A DNA stretch of 64,000 bases from Fistulifera solaris. Taxonomy: Eukaryota. The stretch is from the NCBI GenBank assembly GCA_030295235.1, contig AP026126.1:496001-560000 (forward strand), written 5' to 3'. The position numbers and the translations under genes were made by a program. The notes under the pieces were generated by a model. That model saw only the letters and a program-made list of their open reading frames with translations, made no database searches and had not been told where the DNA came from. Every line of letters starts with the position of its first letter. Positions within the stretch are counted from its first letter, which is position 1. Below, in pieces: positions 1-10,175 of the stretch.

Positions 1-316
1 TGTCGCTCTCGGTTATTCCTTTCAATGCATCATCCTCTGGTACGGACTCGTCTGATTCCGTGTAAAATCTATGCCTCGCCAGACGAGGGCGATGTGATGC
101 AGCACGAGCCATCACAGCACCCAAAGTAGCCACAGTAACCAAAGTGTTCTTTCGCAGGATTCCTTTCGTCAAGGTCAATCCAAGCAAAGCGTGCTTTCCC
201 CGGGGAACATCGTGTCGCAAAAGCACCGGCCACGGAGAGCACACCTGACAGCCTTCCACAAACCACAACAGCGCATTGCAGAGCATTACAAGGATCGTTA
301 AGCGCAAAGCTCCCAT
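1..316 (-). CDS. Partial gene (5' part only, runs off the window), hypothetical protein with N-terminal signal-like segment
   Basis: Manual translation from ATG at 316: MGALRLTILVMLCNALLWFVEGCQVCSPW...YTESDESVPEDDALKGITESD, open to base 1. Not in the ORF track because there is no stop. Confidence 0.55.
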   Translation of the reverse strand, partial: MGALRLTILVMLCNALLWFVEGCQVCSPWPVLLRHDVPRGKHALLGLTLTKGILRKNTLVTVATLGAVMARAASHRPRLARHRFYTESDESVPEDDALKGITESD

Positions 317-431
317 ACTACTCTTGCTAAAAGATAGTTCAGCAAAGAAAAGAAGCGTTCATAAGTAGCGTATGATGCTCGCAACATAAAGCAACGATAA
401 AATCGCAACAAACGAAACAATGTTGCAATGT

Positions 432-488
432 CTCGTGACTGAAATCAGCAGTCATGGAGAAAAATTGAAAAGACTTTGGGACTATAGT
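432..488 (-). repeat. Copy of ~55-bp promoter-proximal hairpin element
   Basis: CGTGACTG-AAATCAG-CAGTCATG at 434-456, with ACTATAGT at 481-488 at the conserved spacing. Confidence 0.8.
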
Positions 489-644
489 AAAAGTTGAGCT
501 AAACGATGATTCGACTCAATGAACACGAATAATTTAACAAACTTATCTCATTACGCAATTAATTCGATAGCGAAGACAGAACAATATAGAGAAAGTGAAA
601 GTTAGACACACAAGGGACAATAAAAGGGGCTTAATTTCGTTTTA

Positions 645-668
645 CTCGTGACTGAAATCCAGTCATGA
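645..668 (-). repeat. Hairpin core of the dispersed element
   Basis: TCGTGACTG-AAATC-CAGTCATGA at 646-668. Confidence 0.85.
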
Positions 669-837
669 TTTTGGTTGCATTTTGGATGACAGTCCATTTT
701 GGTGCGCGGCAAAAATTGCGTGGAAAAGACGGTCGATCGAAAAACGAATAGTTGACGGATGAGTTTATCAATCATTAATTCCCATTTACTTATGCGCAGA
801 TCGTTTCTCGAACGAAGAAAACTAATATATCAGTTCA

Positions 838-1655
838 ATGTTTTCTGTTGCTTTTAATCATAAAACGGTGATTACTGCCGCCAGGATTTGTTCTCGCAAC
901 ATGTCGACCAAGCAGCCCCTACGAGCGTATCCGATGTACACTGTGTACGGCGCTGATTGTTACTTTAACCTCAAAGTAATTTTACCCAAATTTCGGACAC
1001 GCAATAATGTGCTTTCTACGGATGGCTTTCCACAATATGGCAGTCTTCTTTTGGAATGGGTCCCTCGCGGAAGCGACGGTAAGTTCAGCGGTCTGTCGGC
1101 CCGGCCCGGTGGCGCTTCTCGGATGTATAAATGCTTCGGTCAGTTCTCACTTAAATTTTTCCACTGCATACATGTACAGGAAAAGGAACTCCAGACCGAA
1201 GTCTACGTTTTGCTCTTTCTCCTCAAGAGGCTGGGTTGCTGATCGATCAGGCACGGAATGAAACGGTCGAGTTTTCGAGGACCGGCTTTCCGCCGAATGT
1301 CGTCGACAAAGTCTTTCGGGTCAGTCCACACGAAGCTGGAGCGGTCGAATTTCAAATCGATTATGAAACAGAAGGCCGCGGTGGTCAGAGTCCCACGGAT
1401 CGTCCCGACTTGGAAGGTATAGCTCCGCTCGGAATAGTGTTTCAGCGTGGCGAGTACGTTGTTCTCCGCGAGCTAATGAGGAATTCTATTCCCACTATAG
1501 CCAACTGGGACTTTATGATTAAAATGCAAGTTGAATCTGCCATTACAGAAGCTTCCAAAAGTCATTTTCAGACGATAGCTCGCCGTATGAAGTGCCTTTT
1601 TAACTGGGCGACACAAATGACGAATTGCTTCAATGTTTTGTTTTCCTTGCAGTGA
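838..1655 (+). CDS. Whirly-domain ssDNA-binding protein, probably mitochondrion-targeted; intron 1079-1179
   Basis: Spliced product YPMYTVYG..LPKF..GSLLLEWVPR..RFALSPQEAGLLI..KVFRVSP..GEYVVLRELMRNSIPTIANWD parallels plant WHY motifs (YSVFKG..LPSF..GSLMMTFMP..KFALSPTEVGSLI..AEFAVM..LPHIMGWD). The GTAAG...TACAG intron joins the two ORFs in frame. The true stop may be 1603. Confidence 0.75.
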
Positions 1656-2054
1656 TCCTTCTCAATACATTCAAACATGTTACTACCATCTGTTTGTTGC
1701 GTGAATTGTAAGGTCTAACAGAATCCATCTAAAAAACTAATAGTAGCTCTCCTTAGTCCATTCTTACTTCTCGTTGGCTTTTTCATGACAACACTCCTCT
1801 GAAGTAAAGCATCTAAAACCGATGCGATACATATCAAAGATACTGAAATAGGAGAGACGACAAAGATTCAAGATTCAACACCGGGATTCACGGTCATCAC
1901 ATTCGGACGAAAGCTCGCGTGCCTCTCTTCGTCTCTTCGTTGCCACAATGCCATCCATCATCATTGCAACGCACGAACTTTTCACAAAAAGCGTTCGCTT
2001 TATTGTGAAGCAACATGCGAGAGAGATCTCAACTTGTAATACCACAACAACAAG

Positions 2055-3458
2055 ATGTGGAAAAGGGAGTCGCGTTCAAGTAATGAAGAGGGTCATCTTC
2101 TTCTGGCGGGCCAAATCATTTCACGGCTCGCTCGATTTTCCGAAATTTTCTCGCGTCGTAATGAAATATTGGAGACTCTTGTCAATACAATTGAAATGGG
2201 TGATTTGCTTGTACTTGTGGGACTCGGGTGGTTTACAATTCCTGTTGTACGTGTCATTTATACATTTTATCACGCGCAATACGACCAAGCAACCAAAGTG
2301 GTGTCTTTGAAGAAGCCTGTCAACACTCAACCCATCAAAACGGAAGATCAGCATGACGCTCCATCATCACAAAACCCACAACAGGAGACCACCGACGTCT
2401 TTTTTCTCTTCCATGCCATTCTACATCGCTAATCTGGCCACAGAAGTATTCCAGCGAGCTTGCCTTGTATATTTCATTGATTGCCTGGTGATCGTTGCGG
2501 ACATTGTCGACCCCAGGCTAGATATTGCGCATCACGAGCTGAGTCTAAAATTTGCAAAAATTATATACTCGATATGGGCTGCTACTCGGCTGATGGCTTT
2601 CAAGAGATACTTACTTTGTCTGGCGGCCAAGCGTCCGGAGACAAAATTGGGGAAGGTTGGCCTCTACGACCGCATATTGGACATTTTGATTCTTTTCTGC
2701 CTCATTCTTGCTATATTGGACATAATGCACGTAGAAGTAGGGCCGGGATTGGCTTCTCTTTTTGCTTTTGGAGGCGTGGGAACGCTGGTGTTAACACTGG
2801 CTTCGAAGGATCTTGCGCATCAACTTGTTTGTGGTGTGGTGGTGTCGACCTCGGAAAATTTTTATGTAGGCGACCATATTCGACTGGGTAATGATACACG
2901 CGGAGCAATTGATTACATTGGATGGCTTTATACGGATGTTCGCGGTAAGTCACTAGGAAGCGCTTGCTATAATACTATTCCAGAAAGGATGCAGGTTCTC
3001 ATTCGCCATTATCTCATATCGTCTACCAAGGATACGATGAAATCACCACTCGCATACCAAATGAGCAGTTTGCAAATCGGCGAATATGTAACATTTCAAG
3101 GCACAATCGTTGTCAAGTGAAGCAGTTGCTTCGTGTGAAACATGCCGATTACAAGAAGATTCCTGCTTTTTGCACCGACATTTTGAAAGAAATTAAGCTA
3201 CAATGCCCTGAAGTAATAGCCGATGGATCCCGTCCTTTTCGAGCTTTCCTCAAGGATATCAAGAGTGACCATTTGTCTGTTGTAGTTGACGCTCGTTTCT
3301 ACCTCCCCGCTATTGGGAAACGGTACGATAACAATCGAAACAAAGTGTTGTTGATCATTTGCCAAGTTCTTGAAAGTCATGATATTTCTCTAGCAATACC
3401 GTCATTTGCAGCTGGAAATTTGGACGATGGGCAGCCAACGACCCTTCTAGACGACTAA
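2055..3458 (+). CDS. MscS-family mechanosensitive channel; intron 2945-3030; frameshift near 2400; start may be further upstream (1948)
   Basis: TM helices, SLFAFGGVGTLVLTLASKDLA..NFYVGDHIRL..IDYIGWLYTDVRG|YDEITTRIPN motif typical of MscS. Confidence 0.85.
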
Positions 3459-3699
3459 ACAGCTTGTACACAGTGCGGCATAAACTAGTCAATGTTTCAA
3501 TTAAGACTTCCTGCTTTTTGTTGCGAACAACTGCTAGTAGTTTATGCAAATTAGCAACCTTAAGGTATTTTATTAGCATACTCCGGGTCATATGTAATGC
3601 GGAGTAATCACTCTTGAGTCTTAATATTCTCCTAGCGTCAATACTCGTGACTCGCATTCTTTTGACTAGCACAAGCGCTAAATTGTCGCTAGTCGGGCC

Positions 3700-4275
3700 G
3701 TCCGTTTGTTTTGCAAAGAAAAAGAAACACCGCAAGGATTGTTAAGCAATGAGCATGCACAACAATGCAAAAACAGTGGACTTGTTATCCAGAGACACGA
3801 CGATCTGAAAGCGGAATTCATGTCTCTTCCACGCAAGCCTTTGGACCCAAATCTGTTCGCGATGAGCCTACCATGTGTAACAGCAACAACAGTACACAGG
3901 TTCAAGAGCTTCGAGGAGATGTTTCGGCCTATGGCTTTTGGAATGAGAGACGAACGACCATTTTCGATGTCCGAGTTACTGATACCGACGCACCGTCATA
4001 CAGAAACCGTGACCCGATTAAGGTTCTGGCTTCTCAAGAGCGTGAAAAGCGTAGCATGTACGGACCCCCTTGCCACGAACGCAGACGAGACTTCACTCCC
4101 CTGGTCTTTTCCATTGACGGAATGATGGGACAACAGGCTATTTCAGCATCGAGACAGCTTGCAAGAAAACTTCAGCCGGAAGTGGAACAAGCCATACTCC
4201 GAGATCTGTGGCTTCATCCGAGCGCATGAGTCTTTCCCTGGTCAGGTCAGTTAGTATGCTTCTCGCGAAATCCAA
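3700..4275 (+). mobile_element. 5'-truncated, frameshifted non-LTR retrotransposon remnant (zinc knuckle + restriction-like endonuclease, CRE-like)
   Basis: Across three frames: C..EHAQQCKNSGLVIQRHD / RGDVSAYGFW..IFDVRVTDTDAPSY..EREKR..Y...RRDFTPLVFSIDG / KWNKPYSEICGFIRA..MSLSLVRS. These are C-terminal RLE-domain motifs; no RT domain is present. Confidence 0.8.
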
Positions 4276-4574
4276 GAGAAGGAATGCCAAAACGGAATCC
4301 CCCCTCATTGGGAAACGGGCTCGGGACTGGCCCTCTACTAGCGCACTAAGGCTAGGGAGTTAGAACCAAAGCTTACTCATTGAAGTGTCAGACTGAAATA
4401 TATGTGAATGAAAAGTGGAAAATTCAGTCGAATGTCAAGATTAGATTCTGACGATTAAAAAATTAGGAATAAAATATATATGTGTTTTACTTGTAATTTG
4501 AGATTTAAATCTATTTGATTGGTACCGATATAGAGTATTGTCTCGAAGTGTTTTTGCAAAATACGCAAAAACGA

Positions 4575-4663
4575 CACCGAATGTGGGGGTCGAACCCACG
4601 ACCACACGATCGATCAAGGATAAGGATAAGAGTCGTGCGCTCTACCGACTGAGCTAATTCGGC
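4575..4663 (-). tRNA. tRNA-Lys(CTT) with 16-nt intron (4611-4626)
   Basis: GCCGAAT/ATTCGGT acceptor stem, GCTC-AGTCGGTA-GAGC D arm, CACGA-CT-CTT-A^A-TCGTG anticodon arm, GTGGG-TTCGACC-CCCAC T arm, downstream TTTTT Pol III terminator; 89 nt = 73 + 16. Confidence 0.97.
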
Positions 4664-4795
4664 TAATAATTTGAAAAGTGGAAACAACAATACACAATAT
4701 AAAGATGTGTTGTACCTGTGCTTGTTCAACGTTTTTTAAGGTTACTGCGTCGGTACGATCCATTTACAGGAGATAGCTAAAGTTCTCTTAGGTTA

Positions 4796-6328
4796 TTAGA
4801 GTTCAGTGTGGAACCCTTGTGTTACCGAGGGAACGTTTTCTTGAACAATGTCCACTTCCTCGGGGTGTGTCTCGTCGTATCTCGGCCTCACTTTTTTGAT
4901 TCGCGGAAGTACTGGTTCAATCATTTCCCAAGGTGTTTGCTTCTCCGGTGGGACGAAACCTAAGGATACAAACCAATCGAGTGGAGAATAATGTGGTACA
5001 TTGTAGTTGGCAAGAAGCTCTTGTCCCACCTTCAATGCTTTCCTTCTTCCGTGTCGAAAACTTCGGACCACAAATGTTCCGCTATCATCTTCCGTGGCAT
5101 CAATAAAGTGCCCATTTTCTATCCGCTCTCTTCCTGTCAATTCAATGAATCCAGCCGCACTTTCATCATGATTGATTTGATCTATCATGGGAATAAGACG
5201 AAGCGTGCCATGTTTCTCCGAACCAGCCGTCGCCCGCGATGCGACTTGACAGAGGGCCCAGGCAATGTTGTCGGCTACGGATTTGTCAGAAGGTGTTTGA
5301 ATGTATGGACCGTAATCTTTTGCCAACGCTTCCACGATCGTTTCCGCATAGGCCGTTGCTCGCGACAGCTCTTCCGACCATCCTTCCGTAGGAACATCGA
5401 GTTCTTCCCGCAAGACGGCAAGCGCGTCGAGCATGTAAGGTCGTAGGTTTCTCGAATAGCCACAAGACGGTTCAGGAGGCAGCGATGCTATGTACGGCAT
5501 CCATCGCGAATATCTACCCACTCCGCGTTCATGAGCCAAAAAGAGAACCAAGATGATGGCATCGTCCAATTCCGACATGCCCGCTTTGACTTGCACCTCT
5601 GCAGGAATGAGTGGCAATAACACTTCCAGCGCCTTTGCTCTAGTCATTTGATAGTTCAGGGGCACGCGTACGAGAATCTCCTCCTGTTTAAAGATGGGCT
5701 CCGTCGGTAAAGGATACGTTTCATTGTTGGCCTTGTAAGCCAGACGTTCTTTCTTCACGCGCTCTTTCTCCTCCGCACGTCCCGGAAGACACTGCTTTTG
5801 ACACTCGTGCCACCCATTCCGAACCATACCGATACCACGTGCCGCCCCGGAGGGTGCCGGAACCAAAAATCCCAAATCAGGGTGGACAAATCCCCCTGGT
5901 TCGCGGACAATCGCTTCACGCAATACGGCAAACACGCGAGGGTGCGCCGGATTCGATGCATACAATTCCACTTCCATATCGCGTTGCATACGTGCCACCC
6001 AGTATCCTATTCGGTATTGTACTTCTTCCCAGGCATCCGTCTCGAAGGAAAGAAGACGAAACGAAGTTGTCGACCGCAAGCGATTCGCGAGTTCTTGTCG
6101 CCATGGTTTGATTTCGGCGGAAAATTCCAACCACCCCGTTCCGACCAGAAATCCAAATAAGAGTCCCGTCAGTATACATCCACAAACCCAGATATAGGCT
6201 CGACGATCCTGAGCCAGCCATTGTCGTAATGTAATAGTCGGTGCACGGTGTTCGTCGTCGGGTATGGGTGATAGCGACGACTTGGTGGGTGATTCGTTGC
6301 TGTTTTTTGGCTTTTTATTCTTTCCCAT
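4796..6328 (-). CDS. SET-domain protein lysine methyltransferase (Rubisco-LSMT/SETD3-like) with N-terminal TM segment
   Basis: ARGIG..., EEILVRVP, WMPYIASLP, LIPMIDQINHD, GQELLANY motifs; 510-aa ORF. Confidence 0.8.
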   Translation of the reverse strand: MGKNKKPKNSNESPTKSSLSPIPDDEHRAPTITLRQWLAQDRRAYIWVCGCILTGLLFGFLVGTGWLEFSAEIKPWRQELANRLRSTTSFRLLSFETDAWEEVQYRIGYWVARMQRDMEVELYASNPAHPRVFAVLREAIVREPGGFVHPDLGFLVPAPSGAARGIGMVRNGWHECQKQCLPGRAEEKERVKKERLAYKANNETYPLPTEPIFKQEEILVRVPLNYQMTRAKALEVLLPLIPAEVQVKAGMSELDDAIILVLFLAHERGVGRYSRWMPYIASLPPEPSCGYSRNLRPYMLDALAVLREELDVPTEGWSEELSRATAYAETIVEALAKDYGPYIQTPSDKSVADNIAWALCQVASRATAGSEKHGTLRLIPMIDQINHDESAAGFIELTGRERIENGHFIDATEDDSGTFVVRSFRHGRRKALKVGQELLANYNVPHYSPLDWFVSLGFVPPEKQTPWEMIEPVLPRIKKVRPRYDETHPEEVDIVQENVPSVTQGFHTEL

Positions 6329-6479
6329 GTCCTGCTGTGATCTTTAAGTACTTAGGGAATGTGTTTAAATTCGTAACTTGTTTATTAGCAAAAAGAATGA
6401 ACGCATTTTGCTTGTACCAGGTATGACCTTTACTTCAGTTAGTTTCGTTTGCTCTTGCTGCCCGTGCACAATCAACCTG

Positions 6480-6603
6480 CTACCGGTACCAGTACGACAA
6501 TAATTTTCTGCCTCCGTCGCCGAACCTGTACTTGTACATATACGGGTCCGGTACGGTACCGGTACCGCACCGGTACCGGGTATGGTACGGTACCAGGTAC
6601 GTA
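6480..6603. repeat. GTAC/GGTACC-rich low-complexity palindromic patch
   Basis: taccggtaccagtacg...ccggtacggtaccggtaccgcaccggtaccgggtatggtacggtaccaggtacgta. Confidence 0.8.
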
Positions 6604-6704
6604 ATCTTTTGTGTTCTCCGTCACGAAATCGACGGACTAGATTAGAGAGATGACGCAGTTCGTCTTATTCTAGTCTAAAACAGCAAAAACACAAAAATTA
6701 AGCA

Positions 6705-8234
6705 TCACTTGGATCGTTGCCGGACAGCTTCTAAAAATACTTTCGTGATGTGTTCGATTTCCTTGGCGGTTTCGACTGGATTCCGCTTCCCTGTAATTCC
6801 CGTAGCCCGCCCCACCCACACGGGTGTCATTAAGCAGGTGTCCGAGAACTCATTATGGGAGATATCGCGGATAATTTTACATGACGAAATACCCGAATCG
6901 ATACCTAACCGCTTTCTGGCATCCATCTCTTCCAGGGCATCGGATCCGGCCCACTTCTTATCTCGCCATTCTTGAGAAAACAAGATCAACATATCCTTCT
7001 CATGAATCGAACCTTCATCCGTTGGAATGAAACCCTCATATCCACCCGTACCTCCTTGCCAGGAATGGTCGAAATCCTGCAACAACGTCGGCGAAAGCAA
7101 CGAGTGTCGTGCATCGTCCGGCATCCAATCGACCGCTGGTTCGTGTGCGACAATGGCTGCCACTAGATCCGGTCGGCGTTTCCCGGCCGTCAATGCCGTC
7201 GCTCCTCCAAAAGAATGCCCGATAAAGAACGTTTCCGATTTCGATAGTCGTCCTTGGAGTGAAATGCCGAGACCGGGAATGTCTTGTTGATCCATACGGT
7301 GAATTGCCTCGACCGCCGCGATGAATTCCTGAACGCGATGATCTGTCCGGCGCCTTCGTTCTTTCACGTAATGTAGGTGCTTCTCTTCTAAAAGTAATTT
7401 AGCGAGTTCAAAATCGTAATGAAGTTCCGTGCCGTTGGACAAGGCCACCACGGGCGCACTCCGATCTTGATGCGTCAACACGAGTACCACATATCCGTGC
7501 GAGGCCAACGCCATGGTCTGATACGAGTAAACATCTGCCGTTCCACCGAGACCGTGGGAAAATACCACGATCGGTAGACGCTGGTCCAGTGGAAGCAACG
7601 TCGCATTCTGTTTGGCTGGAATGGTCGCCAATTTCCAGTTGTGCAACATCCAACCGTGAGACTGGAGGGGTGGCGGAGCCCCAAATTGCATCACTTTTCG
7701 ACAATACTCATCTGCCAGAGAAGGATTTAAATAAGGATACTGTCCAGGAGGATCCAGAGTGGGATAGAATAATTTGACGGGTAACTCGGAATGGGATGTG
7801 CAAGTCGTATTCTCGTCGGAAAAGTCGACCGGTAAATGAAACTCTAGAATTCCCACCCGGTACGGTCCATCGGGTGATGGTATTTGGACCGCCGGTATGA
7901 GTATGCAAAGGACGGCGGCTAGCACAACCAACCAAAAGCCCAAGAAACCCAACAATCCTCGGCTCCAGTTAAAGCGCGAGAATAGTGGCACCCGTCGCAG
8001 CAATTGAATGACAATGAAGGGAATCATAGGTAAACTAATACTCCATCTTCCCGTCGGTCCACACGTGAGCAATAGAACACCAAAAGAAAAGAGCAGTACG
8101 TAGAGATTCGATGGCGTACGAATGCTGCTGAAATTCACATACAGCATGCACAAGAGCGTGTACAGATCAATCGCGATGTGTCGAGGGATCGGTTGCAGTC
8201 CGCCAATTATTTTGGAAACCAGAGAAACAATCAT
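6705..8234 (-). CDS. Platelet-activating-factor acetylhydrolase-like alpha/beta hydrolase with N-terminal TM helices
   Basis: PDGPYRVG, PIVVFSHGLGG, LASHGYVVL..HQDRSA, GHSFGGATA nucleophile elbow, SHNEFSD. Confidence 0.88.
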   Translation of the reverse strand: MIVSLVSKIIGGLQPIPRHIAIDLYTLLCMLYVNFSSIRTPSNLYVLLFSFGVLLLTCGPTGRWSISLPMIPFIVIQLLRRVPLFSRFNWSRGLLGFLGFWLVVLAAVLCILIPAVQIPSPDGPYRVGILEFHLPVDFSDENTTCTSHSELPVKLFYPTLDPPGQYPYLNPSLADEYCRKVMQFGAPPPLQSHGWMLHNWKLATIPAKQNATLLPLDQRLPIVVFSHGLGGTADVYSYQTMALASHGYVVLVLTHQDRSAPVVALSNGTELHYDFELAKLLLEEKHLHYVKERRRRTDHRVQEFIAAVEAIHRMDQQDIPGLGISLQGRLSKSETFFIGHSFGGATALTAGKRRPDLVAAIVAHEPAVDWMPDDARHSLLSPTLLQDFDHSWQGGTGGYEGFIPTDEGSIHEKDMLILFSQEWRDKKWAGSDALEEMDARKRLGIDSGISSCKIIRDISHNEFSDTCLMTPVWVGRATGITGKRNPVETAKEIEHITKVFLEAVRQRSK

Positions 8235-9047
8235 TCTCGTGGTCTTTTAAGTGAAAGTTGTGAAAACGAAGCGTTGTGTGAGCAACAAGAAAACGAATTC
8301 GTCTTTGTTCCTTGTTTGTTTTTGGTTTTTGTGCCCTCGTCGTTCGTCAAATGGAGGGCGAACAAAAAAGTCCTTGCGAGACGTGGATTGGAGGTGGAGA
8401 AATTGCGCGTGTACCGAGTACCGTTCTCAAGGTTTTAATCTGCTATACTACGTAGTAACTAATACGTAGTACTCCGTATATTTATTACTATTTAAAGGTT
8501 ACTGTTGAGGTTATAGAAAGACTTACGTTTTGCGTCAAAGAAGTGCGATGATTTTCTCTGCATTCTGTTTCTCCTTGCTTGAAATCAGGTATGGGCGCAA
8601 TAGAATCAATTTTTCGTCGACAAGAGTGAGAACAAAAGAATGGGAGACGAGCCAAACGCTAGAGATGAGAATGTTGACGACCAGAGCGACACGTAGGACA
8701 TCCGCAACGATATTCACGTGCTGTTCATTGAAGGAGAAGCCTCTTTTATGCCAAACAAGTACCCAGACATAGTTAAATCAATGACGAACCTGGGAATGCA
8801 TCCGAATAATTTGATGCGAAACATCAAAGAAGAGGTCGTAAAACTGGAAAGAAAGAGAAAGGCCGTCTTGGTTCCGGTGTAAAACCTGGATTTGCGTCCG
8901 TCACGTCTGCCTAACGATGCTCATTTCTATACGCTATAAAAGCAATCCGATATAATCAATAGATTCCATTTTGTTAGGCGCATATTGTTAACATTCGACA
9001 AAACTCTATCGATCGTTTACAACACATCATGAATATTGAATGTCGCA

Positions 9048-9836
9048 TTACGAGCAATGGATTGGGTGACTAGGTGAACGGGACTCCACAAAGGCGGCAA
9101 CCAGCACGATTGTATGGTCTTCAGCATTCACATCACCAAAGTATGCGATCACGCCTTTGCCATATGCATGCATGGCGACTACAGACTCGTAATTTGCATC
9201 ATTCGTTTGCGGCGGGGCGCGCTCTTCCTCTTCGTCATCACTGTCGTCATCATAGTCCATATAACGGTCCGTTACCCCGAAACAGCGCTCGTGATGCGGA
9301 ACAGACCTCATCGAAACAGCCTTGGCACTATATTCTTTTATGAATTCCTTGGAGTGTTTGCCTTTTCCAAACGAGTCAAGAATGTTTGCTTCATTGACGT
9401 CAAGGGAAGGCGCCCAAGTAATTCTGGAGTAGCTTGCCATTTTCCATTCGACGTCAAATAACCTGGCCAGTGTCGACACAATTAGTCCCTCTGACGATGG
9501 AAAAGCCACTACTCCACCAGCTGCAGCGAATTTCTGAAGCAAGTTACCGAAATCCATTTCGAATCTATGAACCTCATCAGGGTCCGAGTAATCGAGAACA
9601 ATAACAGCGTGATAACGTCCACTTTCGATTTCTTGCCGACCTCTTTCTACACCAAACGCATCCGGCGGGAGACCTTCATCATTTAAGTACTCAGGATCCG
9701 AGCACCAGACGCGAAAGGGATGAAGATGTGCGAATCGAGGCTCGCCGTCCAAAGATTTGTACGTTTGATACTTGTTTTGCATCCACGACACTTGGCAGTA
9801 CCCTTCGATGAAAAGAACATGAAGATCTTCAGTCAT
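9048..9836 (-). CDS. Hypothetical protein (possible class I GATase-like fold; YGKGVIAYFGDVNAE motif)
   Basis: 262-aa ORF with protein-like composition; FAAAGGVVAF and G.G.IAYFGDVN motifs. Confidence 0.65.
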   Translation of the reverse strand: MTEDLHVLFIEGYCQVSWMQNKYQTYKSLDGEPRFAHLHPFRVWCSDPEYLNDEGLPPDAFGVERGRQEIESGRYHAVIVLDYSDPDEVHRFEMDFGNLLQKFAAAGGVVAFPSSEGLIVSTLARLFDVEWKMASYSRITWAPSLDVNEANILDSFGKGKHSKEFIKEYSAKAVSMRSVPHHERCFGVTDRYMDYDDDSDDEEEERAPPQTNDANYESVVAMHAYGKGVIAYFGDVNAEDHTIVLVAAFVESRSPSHPIHCS

Positions 9837-10175
9837 AATTCTCTTTCTATATGCTGTTTAAAGGACTTCTCCCTCGTATATTTCTTTTTACTTTACTGGT
9901 TGGTTTGCCCTTGAATCTCAACGAATGTACCAGGTATTGTTGCAAAATTTGCAGAAAAGATCTCACAATCGTTCCGGTACCAAATCAAGAGAATGCGTTT
10001 CTCAGATTTACTCCGTATTAAAAAGCACCGGTCCGTCTGGCGTCACACCTCCGCGCCTTCTTCGTTTTTCACACCACGTTTCATTTTTCATCTTCATTTG
10101 CATCACGAACACAATCACAAGACTTGTTTCCCATCGTAATTTACTTTTTTCGTGTTGTCAACAATTTATATTTTT

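Noticed and set aside
3662..4352. ACTAGC...CTAA words flanking the retroelement fragment as a target-site duplication
   Set aside because: The match is short and imperfect, so it is not distinguishable from chance.
4511..4729. 72-aa ORF over the tRNA and the many antisense/nested ORFs in the track
   Set aside because: They are shadows of the tRNA or of real genes on other frames and strands, with no independent motifs.
8535..8717. 60-aa hydrophobic ORF on the minus strand
   Set aside because: Starts at a non-ATG codon, has no recognisable motif, and is short enough to arise by chance.
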